From Chrysomallon squamiferum (taxonomy: Eukaryota > Animalia > Mollusca), in NCBI GenBank assembly GCA_012295275.1, contig CM022671.1:930001-994000 (forward strand): DNA of 64,000 bases, read 5' to 3'. The notes under the pieces are model-generated. The model saw only the letters and a list, made by a program, of their open reading frames with translations. It was not told where the DNA came from and did not search any database. The position numbers and the translations under genes were made by a program. This document shows, one piece after another, positions 35,153 through 49,845 of the stretch (the first letter of the stretch is position 1; each line of letters begins with the position of its first letter).

Positions 35153-38100
35153 AGAAGAAATGTACTCATGTGCAGAAGTAGTGTTACTTTTACAAGAATA
35201 TTTAGTATCATATATGTAATATAACCCAGTGCTAATCTACTTATATTAGTAGTCTAAATTGTCTAGTATCATAAAAATAATAATGTCTGAAGAATAAATT
35301 GCATGTGAGTTCTGCATAATTTTCTTCAGCCATTTTCATAGAAAATAGTTAAATTATTTTTTGTGTAGAATTTGGTAGGTTGTTTTATATTTTGTTTTAT
35401 ATAAAGTATTATTGTTATATTCCAGCTTTTGCCATATTATTTAAATATGGTATAAAAGGTTCTTATTATTTTAACTGTATTGTATTTATTTAAAGTTTTA
35501 TAATATTGGGAAATAGATTTATGTGTCAAAATATTTATTCAGGTGAATGTTTTTTTTACCCAGTAACCACTTTTAGAAATATACATATTAGGTATTGGAA
35601 GCTTTTCAGTATCAGGTTAATTTATTTTTTATTATTTTTTCAGTTACTTAAAGAGTTACTTCATTTTAAATATACTTCTTAGTGACTGTTTTATTATTTT
35701 TCTCCACACTGGTAATAGTAAAGTATGACAATAACATTACTCTCCAGTGAAGTACAGATGCAGCTATTTATCATTCTTTATTGCTTATAAACTTGGCATA
35801 AAACATAATATATATAAATGTATTAAAACAGTCTGTAGACAGAAATAAACCAGTGATTTAGACATTCCAAGTGTAAATTGCTGATAAAATTAAAATACAG
35901 ATACATATATTTACACGCAAACAAAAAAGTGTTTTGATTATTTGTTCACACTGCTAAATGTAATCTTTAATATACATTAGTAAAAAATATTTTGTTTGTG
36001 TGTGTGACGTGAAATTTCAAATATAGCAACTAATGTTCTTTTCTTGAAAGGGGAAATAAATTAATTTTGATAATTTAAACTGGCCAATAAGAAAGCAACC
36101 ATGTTTATGAAGAATTTATTTCTCTTTTTCAAGAAATTTTATTCTTTTTAATTAATTTCATTAAATGCAAGATTTATAATAGAAATGAATTTAATCAAAT
36201 AAAGTCAAGTATATCATAAATCATACAAAATAACAAGAAGTTAAAACATAAATAGTGTTTTTCATTGAAATAAAGTACCATTAATGTGAAAATTCCTTCC
36301 ATCTAATGAGAATTTAATTTACATTTATATGAATGCTTTATTTATAAAATAAAAAAATCTAGATTCATGTAACTGTTTAATTCCAAAAGTACTGAACCTG
36401 AGCCTATAATCAAAACTAACATATCCACTTTTACAAAATACTCTACATAGAACATGTGATAGTTTAGTTGTTTTTCAATGATATCCACATACCCTATTTA
36501 ACATGCACAAATGAAATGTGTATGCATGTTTAACTTTCAGACTTTGCCTTTGTTGTACAAGTGATAGATAAACTGAATGCAATGTGTCTCTTTTATTAAG
36601 AGGTAACTAAGTGAAATGCTGAACAGTTTGTATGCAGATCAGAAAAATCTTTATTCTTAGTTGTTTATATGTATTACAGATTAATGAAATAATGTAGTAT
36701 ATTATATCAGTTCTACACTTTTTCTTCTAATTAAACATACAGAAATTAAAATGGGCAAATAACCCAGGGAGTACATAAGTTACAATGTTGAATTTTTTTA
36801 TTTTTTTTTTTAAAGATATTAAAGATTGTTTCTTTCTCACTGTCTCTGTAATTAAAACTTAATTTGTTTTGAAGGTTATTATACTATAATGATGCAGAAG
36901 ATCATCAGTGAATGGTTATTATAAAGAAAATGCCTCCTTTATACAATGGATCCAACATGAGATTATGTTTTCTGTTGAGCAAAAATCTTTATTTAAAGTG
37001 TATACAGGCTATTTATCTAGCATAAAATATCCTATACTTTTTCTTTTTGCAATTTTATAATTTTATAATAGTTATATTATTTATCTAGCAAAAAATATCC
37101 CTGGAACATTATGTAATTTTCTCAAAGAAACAGCAGTATTTTATCATAAGAAACTTGTAATGGCATTAGCTACAATTATTTAAAACTGACATGTACAACT
37201 GTGTGTGTGTGTGTGCTGTTTTAATATAAAGTATGTTATCCAAGTATACTGTATTAAAATAGAGAATATTTCTTTTGTTTTACCTTTGATATATTATGTA
37301 CTCATATTTAAAATCTTATCAACTCAGAATTTTAGACTGCTTTGTATATTTTGATTTGCAGTTAGAGGTAAATTCTGTTTATAAGACTGGTTTGGTTCAT
37401 TAACCTTTTTTAATGTTTTTGTTACAATTTTTATTTATTTTATTAGAGAGTATACTACTGTTTTACTGTTGTTGAATTTTTTATAACATTTACTCATTAA
37501 AATTGTATTGAGAATATGCATTTCAAAACACACACATATCTACTTCATCTTTATACCTACTTATTTAGCAGATCAGTTTAATCATTTATGGTCTTACATG
37601 ACTATATAATACATAAATACACACACTTCAGAAATACATTTTAAAAGACAAAAAATTATTTTGTTGTTTATTTTCTTACACCATCATTATTATTTCTGTA
37701 TATAAATACACATACTGGGATCAGACATTTTCAAAGAGAAAATTACATTATCATTCATTACTTATGAATGCAAAAATATCAAATTCTTTTCCAATCAGTG
37801 TTCCATAAATTATGCTTGCCTCTGATAAAGACAGGTACATTTGTTGATAAACACCAGTCTTATGACTGATGTCTTTCTTTAAAACAAATCATATTAATGT
37901 CTATTTTACTTCTGTAATAAACTCTTATTAAGAAAAAAAAATGTGAAAATATAAAACAAAAAAGTTGAATTCACACAATCATATGAATTAATAGGTTTTA
38001 ATTTTAATTATTTTTCTTAATATTATTGTTTATTAAAATTTATCTATGCATCTTTTTTCTTCAGATATCTATTTTAGTAAATATTATGAAAGTATTTTTA

Positions 38101-38638
38101 TATTAAAAATTTACCATTATACTTGTTGAATTGTTTTTGTTTTTTTTATGACTTTGCATCATTTCTCTTTAAAACATACCCATGTAGTTTTTGATTATAT
38201 AAATATTAAATTATGGAAGACCTCCAAATACCTATCTTGTCTATTTTAACATAATTTTTTTTATTTTATTTTTTAACAATCAAAGAAACTTTGTGGACAA
38301 TACATTAATGGCAATGGTTTTGACTATTGCTTTTTTTATTTCTAAAATAAATTTTATTATTATTACTACTACTGCTACTGCTACTGCCACGGTGTTAAGT
38401 GTTCTCCACGCATGAATCATCAATTAAATGTAATGCCTTAAAGGTCAGTTCAGAATGAACGGATGCGACAAATTTAATTTTGGGCAGCTATTGTATGTAA
38501 ACATTTGCTTAGTGATTATCTCCCGTGTATCCGTCTTTTTTTTAAATGATAGCAAGAAAAGTAATTCCTTCCTGTTGTTTACAAATTACGTTGACCGGTT
38601 ATAAACTTTTAACATAATTGTCACTGTTAGTCAGTGAG

Positions 38639-39844
38639 ATGGTTAATGTTGTGTTCTTACATCCTGATTTAGGAATCGGTGGTGCCGAGAGAGCTGTCAT
38701 TGACGCTGCTTTGGCATTACAATCGCACGGACATAAAGTTCAATTTGTGACAGCACATCATGATGAAACGCATTGTTTTCAAGAAACTAAAGATGGCACT
38801 GTAAAGGTTACTTGTGCAGGCGACTGGTTACCCCGTAGTTTCTGCGGAAAATTTTATGCATTTTTCGCCTATTTGAGAATGATATACGCTGCATTATATC
38901 TTGTATTTTTCAGTGATCTTCAGTTCGATTTGGTTTTCTGTGATCAGATATCTGCATGTATTCCAGTTCTGAAATTAACTAAAACGAAAATTCTTTTTTA
39001 CTGCCATTTTCCAGATATGTTATTAACAAAAAGGACCAGTTTTCTCAAAATGATATATCGAGCTCCAATTGACTGGCTTGAAGAAAAAACTACTGGAATG
39101 GCTGATTGTGTGCTTGTAAATAGCAAATTCACAGCTGGAATTTTTCATGACACTTTCTTATCTCTGACCAGTATTTATCCTAAAGTACTTTATCCAATTC
39201 CCGATTTTACATCTTTTAAAGAGCCCATTGAACCACCAACAGAAAAACTGATACCACCAAACAAAGACCTAGTTTTTCTTTCAATAAATCGATATGAAAG
39301 AAAGAAAAACCTTGCTCTTGCACTAGAAGCATTTGGCATTCTTAGACAAAACTTCCCAGATTTAAAATATATGCATCTTATAATGGCAGGAGGCTATGAC
39401 AATCGAGTAAAAGAAAATGTTGAACATTACCAAGAACTGAAACAGCTTGCTGAAAAACTAAATCTAACCGAACATATTACATTCCTGAGATCATTTACAG
39501 ATTCAGAAAAGAAAACATTGCTCAAATATTCCTCCTGTCTTCTGTACACACCAGAAAATGAACATTTTGGAATTGTCCCTATTGAAGCTATGTACATGAT
39601 GTGCCCTGTTATAGCTGTTAACAGTGGGGGACCAGTGGAGACGATAGCTCACGAAGAAACAGGATTTCTGTGTGAACCTACTCCTGTAAGTTTCTCTGAG
39701 TACATGGAGAAATTTATTGTTGACAGAAACCTGAAACAAAAGATGGGATCATCAGGCAGAGAACGAGTTTTGTCCAAGTTTTCTTTCAAAGAGTTTTCAA
39801 ACACTTTAAATGACATTGTTACAGAGTTGGTTGACAGAAAATAA
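38639..39844 (+). CDS. ALG2: Alpha-1,3/1,6-mannosyltransferase ALG2 (GT4), single coding exon, 401 aa
   Basis: MVNVVFLHPDLGIGGAER, CDQISACIP, FYCHFPD, SINRYERKKN, AGGYDNRVKENVEHY and LYTPENEHFGIVPIEAM (EX7E) are ALG2 hallmarks. ATG 38639 is preferred over the TTG in the ORF track. Confidence 0.97.
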   Translation: MVNVVFLHPDLGIGGAERAVIDAALALQSHGHKVQFVTAHHDETHCFQETKDGTVKVTCAGDWLPRSFCGKFYAFFAYLRMIYAALYLVFFSDLQFDLVFCDQISACIPVLKLTKTKILFYCHFPDMLLTKRTSFLKMIYRAPIDWLEEKTTGMADCVLVNSKFTAGIFHDTFLSLTSIYPKVLYPIPDFTSFKEPIEPPTEKLIPPNKDLVFLSINRYERKKNLALALEAFGILRQNFPDLKYMHLIMAGGYDNRVKENVEHYQELKQLAEKLNLTEHITFLRSFTDSEKKTLLKYSSCLLYTPENEHFGIVPIEAMYMMCPVIAVNSGGPVETIAHEETGFLCEPTPVSFSEYMEKFIVDRNLKQKMGSSGRERVLSKFSFKEFSNTLNDIVTELVDRK

Positions 39845-42191
39845 AATATTGTGTATTAAAATTGCTTGTAAATATGTTCATCAAAATAAATAAGTGAAAC
39901 AAGAATTAATGAGCTTTTTAAATGCTGCACAATCTAGTTTGTTTATAGGCATTTTAGTGTTTTCATTACTATATCAGTAAAGTCTTAACTTATTAAGAGA
40001 GGATTTTAAAGCATTAAGTGGAAAATTGTTTTGTTGTAATATAAACAAGCTCAGAAATATTTCTTTTCATCAATTTCAAATTTATTTTATAAATATTTAA
40101 TAACAATTTGCTTTGTTAATGAAATGGACCTTAATGTTGCTCAATCATGTTATCAGATATGTTAATAACAAAAAAAAAAGATTCTTGGGTTAAACCCCCA
40201 AAATAAGACTTACAAAATACAGAATATACTTGGAAAGTTGGTTTTTAGGACTAATAAATGAAGCTAGATAAAGCTTATATTTTATTACTTTGAACAAAAT
40301 ACAAAAACAAGACAGAATAAAAGACAATTTATTGTTCGTTGCAAAGCCCATCATACAGCACATTGCAAAATCAGATTCATGATAAGTAACACACTTAATT
40401 GGTCCATTTTGTAAGTTAAAAACATCAGTATTGTAACAAAAGAAACTTATAATGGCATTGAATACTTAATGATAAAAAAAACATTTCCTATTTTGTAAAA
40501 AACTAATAACCAGATGTCTGACTGTTTATCCAGCACTGTTTGGCACAATGTTTATGTATAAAAATAAATGCTGTCAACACATTTGAAATTTTTTAAATAA
40601 ATTTTTAAGAATCATATTTAGAATTTTCATTAAATTGTATTTCAAGAATACTGTTTCAGAAATTCTTTTTATACACATACATTAAGGGTTTAAATGAATA
40701 GCATTTAACAATGGTGGCAGAAACTATCATGCATTTATATAATGATTACAATTATGAAATTTTGCATATCATGATGTAAACAATGGTGCAAAATGTAATA
40801 TTTCTTTATATTTACAATTTTTTGAAATCTTTAATAGATACAACTGTAGAAGTACAAAAAATTATTCTTGCCATTGTAAACATGATTTATTACTATATTA
40901 ATAATACAGACTGGCAACAGACTAGATTGACACAGCTAAATGACATTGTCTCAACACAATTCCTACTGACTTGATCAATATTAAAATATTATATAAATAA
41001 TTTAGATAAATGCCAAGAATTTAAAAATGTAGAATTAGCATAAACATTTTTTTTTTCAAACATTTTTTTAATTAACATATTTACACAAATGTACATACTT
41101 TGAATATGTTAATCTAAATGTTTTTTCTTCTTTAATTGTTAAAATGCAAATAAATTATTAAAACAAATGTAAAAATAAACCAACACCAGTACAAATGAAT
41201 TGTAATTGATAAAATTGGCACTAACATGCATAATACAACACCTACTAAGACCTGCCTGTAATTACAGGTCAGTAATAATTCATAAACATTATTGCCTAAA
41301 ATTATGTTTCATTATATCACCTGTTTTAAAAGAATTTCATTAATTCCAAACAATCTGGCATAAGCAAATTAACAGGTCTATTCAGGTAATGAGTTATTGG
41401 CCCCTGTTCAAGAGATTTATTTTATTACAGATTACCATACATTCAAAATAGCTAAATATAAACTTAAAACTATTATACAATCTTTTGTGTATAAAACATT
41501 CTGGTTGTAAAACCAGATTAAGCATATTTGGAAATCATACTTATAAAATTACACACATGGTCAGATAGGTGTTTTCATAACAAACAAGTACAAATAAATA
41601 AATAAAAACTTTTTAACATTTCAGCCAATAGTACTAAAAATAAAACTAATAATAAAAACCATAACACCAGTCAAAAATGGTAACCATTCAAACAAAATGT
41701 TTTAAAGTATTTATTATTTACTACTTATATTTCATTATTGTTATTATTATTATTGTCATTATTATTTATTTATTTCATCAAACACAGATTTTCAAACTCA
41801 TTAACCATCAAATATTAGATGTATATTAAATTAGTAGTTGTTACAATTATTTGTTCATATTTTTAATTCATTTTTAAAGGTATCATGCTGATTAGAAATT
41901 AAGTAATACAGAAATCTCATTGAAAAATAATAATAGCAAAATGAAAAACATTACATTTAAATAAATTTAAAAAGTATCTAATGCCCACAGAAAGTTAGTT
42001 TATTTTAAATTGTGTTTCCATTGTCAAATAAAATTTATATTTAAACATGAATATGCAAGTTTAATTTATTAACCAGTTAATTCAGGTCAGGTCAGATCAG
42101 GTCAAAACAATTAAAAACAAAAATTTAATGTAATCAAAAAAGTGTTGCAGGATGTAAAAATACTGAATGTCGGCAGCTAGTGAAAACTTCA

Positions 42192-45100
42192 TTATTCTAC
42201 CTTCTCATAAATTCTTGTACAGGTGACATCTTTTGCTGTAAGAACCTGAAACATTAACATGAAAACTATTTTATGTAAATGAAAAGAAAATCTTAGAAAG
42301 GTTGAACATGAATGATTTACAATAATTTCAGAACCAGAGGGAAATAAAAAATACATGTTTTACCTTTTTCTCTGTGTATCTGCTGTAATATCTAAACATG
42401 CTGGGAATTTATATTTGAGTAAAATGTAATAATATACTGAGGAAGAGCATAACATTTAAAGATTCTGTAAAATGAATCTTCAACTGAATACTGTGCAAAA
42501 TGATGTTCATAACATTTACAATTATTTACCACCTGTTTTATTCTAACTGAACCACCTCATCCCACCAACTGTGATTGGTTGCTATACATGATTATGCTAA
42601 TCCATGTCACTAAATACATTTTACACAAAGAATACTGAACTTTTCCTAATATTATTACTTTGATTTTTATACCAAACTGAATAAAATATCTCATCAAAAT
42701 AGTTATAGAATGTTTAACATAAATAATGAATGAAAATCCCTAAATAAAACTGCTATGTGTTTCCTTATTTTAATTTAATAAATTATCTTTCCACTAAGGT
42801 TTTTAAATATTTAGTATTTAGAAATCTAACAGTTATAGACCGTATATCTAAAACCTCGGCTATTTTGGTATTTAGCTTAAACTACTGAAGTGATTAACAG
42901 AAATAATTCCTTTACAAAACAGCACGAGTAGAACAAGGTTTATAAACTTAGCTGGAATGAACTGTGTAATGTTTGCTGTTGATAACAGCCCTTGAGACAG
43001 TATCAATGTGGGTTCAAAGGTTGTACTGTATGCAACTGTTAAATACTTATCTTAAAGGACCTAATTAAAATGTTTGTTTTCACCTCTACTGATAATATAT
43101 AAATTAACATAATAAGTTATTAGATAACATCTTGAAAATTGGCACATTCCAACAGTTCTCATTCATACATAAACAGTAATTTCTGAAACAAATGTTTTAA
43201 ATAATAGCTATATCAATCAGAATAGTAAAATACCTTTATCTTTTTTATATTTGATGACCCAGAAACATTTAATTTACCAATATTTTAAACTCTAGGTGCA
43301 TCATAAAGGTTTTGTTACATTTGTTATTTTTATTTTACTTTATTTCCCCAAAAATTTCATTTGTTGTTTATTTTAGGTTAACATAATTTCTGTCAACCTA
43401 TTTTTTTTTAAACATCATAATTTGAGAAATGAATATATTTCAAGGTAAGAACAGTGAAATGACTGAAATAAATATTGCTTCAAACTGTTAACTAACATTA
43501 TGTGTATACTGCCCTGTAAATTAAATGTTACATCAAATGTGTGTGTTCAGGTTGTGCTAACCAGTTCACTAAAGTGAGGCATGACAGCAAACTGCTGCAG
43601 GCTTATAAATCCACAAACATCACAACCATCTGTCACAACAAGGATGATATTACCAAGATGCATTACATAATCGAAACAAGTGAACAGAAAGCCACACAGG
43701 GAAGTTTTGGCACACTGAAATACTGCTGAAAAGTTTTAACAATGAGTAGTTTGGGATGGGCAATGAATCTGGTAAAGAAAAAACCCCAAACTTCAGCAAA
43801 AAGAAAAGAACAAATGAAACAAATATATATATTAAAAAAAAAAAAAAAAAAAAAGGTGAATGAAGCAATCTAAAATCAAATGATAAAAAAAAAGAAAAAA
43901 AAAAAAGTTTTACTTTATTATTCAATTACAAATATCATAAAAAGCCTAATAATAAAGATATATAAAGAAGCAAATACTGAATGCAACTTTGTTAGAAAAT
44001 GCTGCAAAGTTAAAAGTACAGACTATAAGTTCAGGGAAATAAAAGCTAACCCAATCTGAATTGCTTTTAAAGCTTGAAATGAAAAAACAAATCCTGGACA
44101 CAACAATCAGTGACAAGTCTATCACATGTTGATGTATATCAGTTCTGAATAATTTTATTGGAGGGCATATGGAAACTGTAAAGGTAGAATAAAGAAACTT
44201 CAAAGGAAAGATAATTTTTTTACAGTATAAATATTTGTTGCTGAAAGTCTGGCTGGTCTGTATTTCCTAAATAATCGCCATTCTGTTCAGGAAATTTGAA
44301 TGAACTTCACTTTAGTTTTCATCACCTCTAACTACCATTAACACATGAATATACAATCTTATAAACACACAGTTTTAGAAATAAATACAGAACTCCTCCA
44401 TAATTAATTAAGTTGGCTTAAGGGTAAACAAAATATTCTGACATCTCTAAGACAATCAAGACCAAAGTCATTACTCCACATATAAACCGACTACATATAT
44501 TAACTTTTCTTCAAAAGAGATAACTGTAGTAATGAAATTACTGTAATACAAACATTTATTTGATCCACTGAATTTTGTTTCTTCCATAATGGTATTTAAA
44601 TGCATTTAAACTTACCATGTTCATTTTGCTACCATCAAAATCTCTAGTTATCACAGACGGGGGTTCACCTTGTTGGTCATGTATCAGTTTCTGTCCCTCT
44701 AGTGTACAAGTAGACTGAAATAAATAAATCATAGATATTTTATTGATGAAGTTCACAAAAATGAATACAGGTTGAAGGGATATGAACATATTATGGTCAG
44801 TTTTCCTTTTATTAAATGTGAATATTTTTTTGTTATTGTTTCATTTTGTTTTTCTGATTTTTTTAAAAATAATTGATACCAACTGAAACACTATCTAAAT
44901 TCCATGTGAAAAACAAAATGCCTGCAGAATGGAATGGTTAACATTACAAACTGATGCCTATTCTGGTTTAAAATGATTTAAATAAAATATAATTAATAAA
45001 CAAGATGTAGGACTTTAAAACCCATGATATTGCTGGAACAAATAAAATTAATTTGAAATTCACCTTCACTTTTCTGCCATCTCCCGTGACTTCTTCAAAT

Positions 45101-47726
45101 GGTTCTCCAATTTTAAAATCCAGTTCAGTTGTTTTGAAGGTAGTAGTTGTTTTGATGTTCCAGTGGTCTCCATCCACAGTTATTTCTTGCACAGGTTTAG
45201 CAGAACCAGCCAACTTTCTCAGCAAATAGCCAACACCTGCCATGCATAATTTTTTATTATTATTATTCCATAACAAATTCTCAATCTAATCAAGCCATTT
45301 TGAAAAGGACACATTTGTTAAATATTTTATGTAGTTTTAACGTCTGTTTTGTTTCTATTATTTAATTAAAAATTTATTTGCTTTATTCTTGTTTAGCTTT
45401 TTGAATCTTTATATATATTTTCCTTAATTTTTTATTTTTTCACATACATTTTTTTATCATTATAATAATAATGTATATACTGCTGTAAATTAAAGATATT
45501 ATGACTATTATTATTATACTGGTCTTGAATATGATATTTTTTATCTTTAAGAAACATTTATCATTTTGTCTCACCATTAAACAAATTACACACAGACTGA
45601 GTCACATGTTTGTCAACATAAACACATTGGTTGACTCACTGACCTGTGTTAAAATGACCTGCTGGATTGTACATTTTAGCCAGAATATTCCAGTTACACA
45701 ACTAGAGTATGTTTACAAGCTGCTAACTCTGCCTTGTTACTTAATATAAACAGCACAATTTGTTTTCTTCAAATATTTGAAGAAAAACATAATTTTTATA
45801 ATAAAACTATATTACTATTAATATTTGAAACAAAACATAATTTTTATAATAAAACAGTATTACTATTAATATTTGAAACAAAACATTTTTTTTTAATAAT
45901 AAAACAGTATTACTATTAATATTTGAAACAAAACATTTTTTTTTTATAATAAAACAGTATTACTATTAATATTTGAAACAAAACATTTTTTTTATAATAA
46001 AACAGTATTTTATTGTTTTGTATTTTGTTGATAACTGTAATTTTTTAGAGTTTCCTATTTCTTAGTGACGTCAAATGCTGAAAATCTAGATTCTGAGAAA
46101 TAACTAGAACACATTATAACCAAAAAAAAAGTAATACGTTTATTTTTATTATATTAAGGAAACAGAAAGTTTTTTTTTCAACAACTGCATACATTTTGTA
46201 GAAAAGAAGAAGGAAAAACTATTTTATCAACATTATATTTATATTTTATATCCAAAACAACAATACTGATGTTATATTTCTAAACAAATAGTATCATTAC
46301 TAATTAGAAATGATATTTACAAAATAAAATATTAAACCAATGTAATGGAACAGTAACAATTATGTAGATAAAATTACTATTGGTCTTTGTTTGGGGTTTT
46401 TCATTGATGATTTTTACTGATGTTAAGAGTTCATGTTAGTGTTTTCCCACATAAAATAAATGTATCTACACATCAGACAATGCACAAATAGACTTAGTCT
46501 GATACTGATAGCTTCTGATATGATTATCAGTGACAGTACAGGGACAAATATAAAACTCAGTGCCAATGACCTGCTGTTTGGCAGATGAACTCTGCTCTGT
46601 GGTCAAGAGCCAGATGTTATCATTGATTGGATTACCAGAAGGCTCTGCATCCCATACAGCTTACCCAGCCTTTGTATTTATCTGTAAAAGTTGGCAAGCA
46701 CACACATGCTGTACTGTTGACTATTTTTTCTTGTATAGATATAATTACATAAAATTTTTATAAAAATATGCATTTTCAGTCTACACAACTAAGAAATTAA
46801 TCTAAACAACCAGCCATCTAAATGTAAAACGACAACAACAAGAACAAAATCAAAACAAAATAGTGCATAAATTAAACAAATGTCACAAGATGTAAAATTT
46901 TTGTAAAAACATCCATGTCTGGCAAGATCGCATTTCCTGTAAATTTCCTGTCAAGGTTAGTTCAGTTATATATACTACTATTTAGAATTAGCTGTGCAAA
47001 CATAAAATGCATTTTATTATTATTATTTTTTTTTTAAACTTTATGTCCAGAGGCTTCCACTACTGATGTAGGACTATTCCATTATTCTGTATAAATATGC
47101 ATGTATATACATATACACTAAGTAAATGGGATAGGACTACCAAAGCACATAGCCCAACCTGTGTTATTTTAAATGGGATTTATGACACATTACTGTTGGC
47201 AGTATAAATATTGTTCATGAATTATGTGAAATGAGGCAATATACATAATTATTTTAGCATTAATAAAGATATAAAATTCATTTAAAAAAAAAAAGTGAAT
47301 TCACTTATTCACATTTCTTAAAACAACAAGATAAAATCCATACTTAAAATAACAAAAATATAAATTAATTTAAAATTATCTAATTTAATTAACATATTAT
47401 AATTATAAATTTAATATTATATTTTTTTATTTCTATGATAAATTAGCTTATACATTTTTTCTTACAAATTAACATTTATTTATTTCAATAATTTCAATAA
47501 TTATTTGAATATAACCCTCATCAAAATATTAAAAGTTCCATGTATTAATATTGTTATCTTTTGAAAATACCAAATTCATAAATTATAAATCTCTTTTACC
47601 CCCCAAAAACGAACTACACCCCCCCATGAATTAGCTGTCTGTTATTATGATTATTATTATTTCTTCAGATTTGAATAGTATTAAGAAAACTCAGTTATAT
47701 TTTAATTTAAGAAAACTAACTAGCTA

Positions 47727-47771
<45 letters not shown>

Positions 47772-48177
47772 TAAAAATAAAAATTAAAACCTGACGGCAT
47801 GCCTTTAAATCCCTTTTGTATTAGATCTAATAATAACCATTTCGTTGAAAAAAATATAATTAATTTTATTTAATATTTAACTTTGTAATATAAATATTAA
47901 ACATAACTATATCACATTTGTATTCAAATAAATTAATAACAATGTTTTTAATTTATGATAAAAATAGCAGACGATACGAAAATACAGAAAATCTGAGAAT
48001 GGTGCCGCCGTCAAAACAAATGGATTTGGAATATTGTCTAAAAGAAAGATTAAAGATAAATCATATTCTTATTTTGTTAAATACATTATTTTAAAATTTT
48101 AATTTACCTATTGCCTGCATGTATCCATCAAAATTATCAGAAGTTACAAGCTTCCATTTTCCTGCTGCAAAAGCCAT
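42192..48177 (-). CDS. FABP: Intracellular fatty acid-binding protein, 131 aa, 4 exons
   Basis: Exons 48177-48108 (MAFAAGKWKLVTSDNFDGYMQAIG), 45236-45064 (173 nt, KTTTTFKTTELDFKIGEPFEEVTGDGRKVK), 44714-44616 and 42245-42192 (VLTAKDVTCTRIYEKVE*). This is the canonical FABP exon layout, with the GxW and RxY motifs. Confidence 0.95.
45770..46012. repeat. Minisatellite ~48-50 bp x5 in FABP intron 1
   Basis: Unit atatttgaaacaaaacat(t)nataataaaacagtattactatta. Confidence 0.88.
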
Positions 48178-48760
48178 TTTTTAGCTGTAGAATAAACGAT
48201 CTTACAAATGAACTCTTTCAGTGCTACCACGTTTTGGAACAGTGCCAAACACTAAGGGGAACGCTGTTATACAGAGCCCAGTTTAAGTTCGACCGATGAC
48301 CACGATAAATTTCTACGTCATTCGAGATATGTCGGCTGTTTCCGTTATTATCACAAATTACCGAATATTGACTAATTCGAAAACAGATGGGGAGGATAAT
48401 TCTACTGTTATCTATAATTCATATTTATTTTTATTTATTTCTGTTTAATTTTTTAAATCTTATTTTTATTTCATTTGTTGAATGAGAAAAGACTTTGTTT
48501 TATTTAACAAAATTTTGGCTTGTAAGTGTATATATTTCTGTTATCGCACGAACTCTACTTTCGTTTTGCGGAAATTAACACTTCCGGTGTCTGTTGGCGG
48601 TCGTCTAATGATAATATTAAATGACATCGCATAGTCATCCGGTTTGTTACTTAAATGTCATTTTATTAATTATTAGCATGCACGATTTTAAAAATAATAA
48701 AACTATCTAATTTCGATGTGATTTTCTCTCGCACAAAGTTGGTTCTTTTCTTTCCGACTA
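48178..48760. promoter_or_regulatory. CpG-retaining bidirectional promoter region of FABP and SLX1
   Basis: CpG cluster between divergent genes, with an ETS-type ACTTCCGG at ~48580-48587. Confidence 0.5.
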
Positions 48761-48878
48761 TAATTATTACAAATATAGAATAATACCATTTTCATATATT
48801 ATATATATTCACATTGTCATAATCATTATTATGTCACTGACGATTACATATCATATGTATTGCATTGAATTTATAGAT

Positions 48879-48982
<104 letters not shown>

Positions 48983-49587
48983 AGATCACAAAGCAGTTTT
49001 TCAAATTATTTTGATATGTTTCATAACAAGCTAATATTTATGATGTCAAAACAAAACAATTTAACATGGTTATTATAGTTTAAAATATGTTAATGGGCTA
49101 TTGTTTTGTGTTAGTACCAGGTTTTGCAGGGAAGCACTTGTCAAAGTGTTAAAGTACTTTGTAGTGGGAAATAATTGCTCAGATTAGAAGGACTGATTCT
49201 GTGAGTTGCAGAACATCAGGCCTGTGCTCAAGAGACTTTTAACCCATTCTTCTTAAACATCTAGAATAAATGATACAAGGAATGGAAGAAACATATTTCA
49301 TTATTCATTTATATGTTATTATTTAGTAATTCAGAAGACACATTTTAAACTTTAACCCTTCTTTTTTTCAATTTATGTTTAAGAAAGAATGTTTGATTAA
49401 ATGGTTTCAATATCAATCAATGCAGGTAATTCAGACATTAAGAAAAACAGACTGATCATCAAGACATTGGTTCAGACATTCATAAAATGGTGGATGGTTA
49501 AAAATAAAACGGGTAACAGTACAAACAGTTTAGTCATCTAGATAAATAGCTCTGTCATACATACACATGGTTTAGACATCAGTACAA

Positions 49588-49814
49588 ATGGTTCATGAAA
49601 TAGAAAGTTTCTATGGAGTTTATATCCTGTACAACCTGAATGCTAAGTACAAAGGACGTACGTACATCGGCTACACTGTTGACCCCAACAGACGAATCAA
49701 ACAACACAACACAGGAGCCCAGGCAGGAGGAGCATGGAGGACAGACGGCAAAGGCCCTTGGTGTGTCTATATCTGTCTTTTATTTACTGTTTTAACAGAT
49801 ACACTTATATTCCA

Positions 49815-49845
<31 letters not shown>

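Noticed and set aside
49588-49760. GIY-YIG domain as a Penelope element or homing endonuclease
   Set aside because: No reverse transcriptase is present, and the downstream exons give the full SLX1 architecture.
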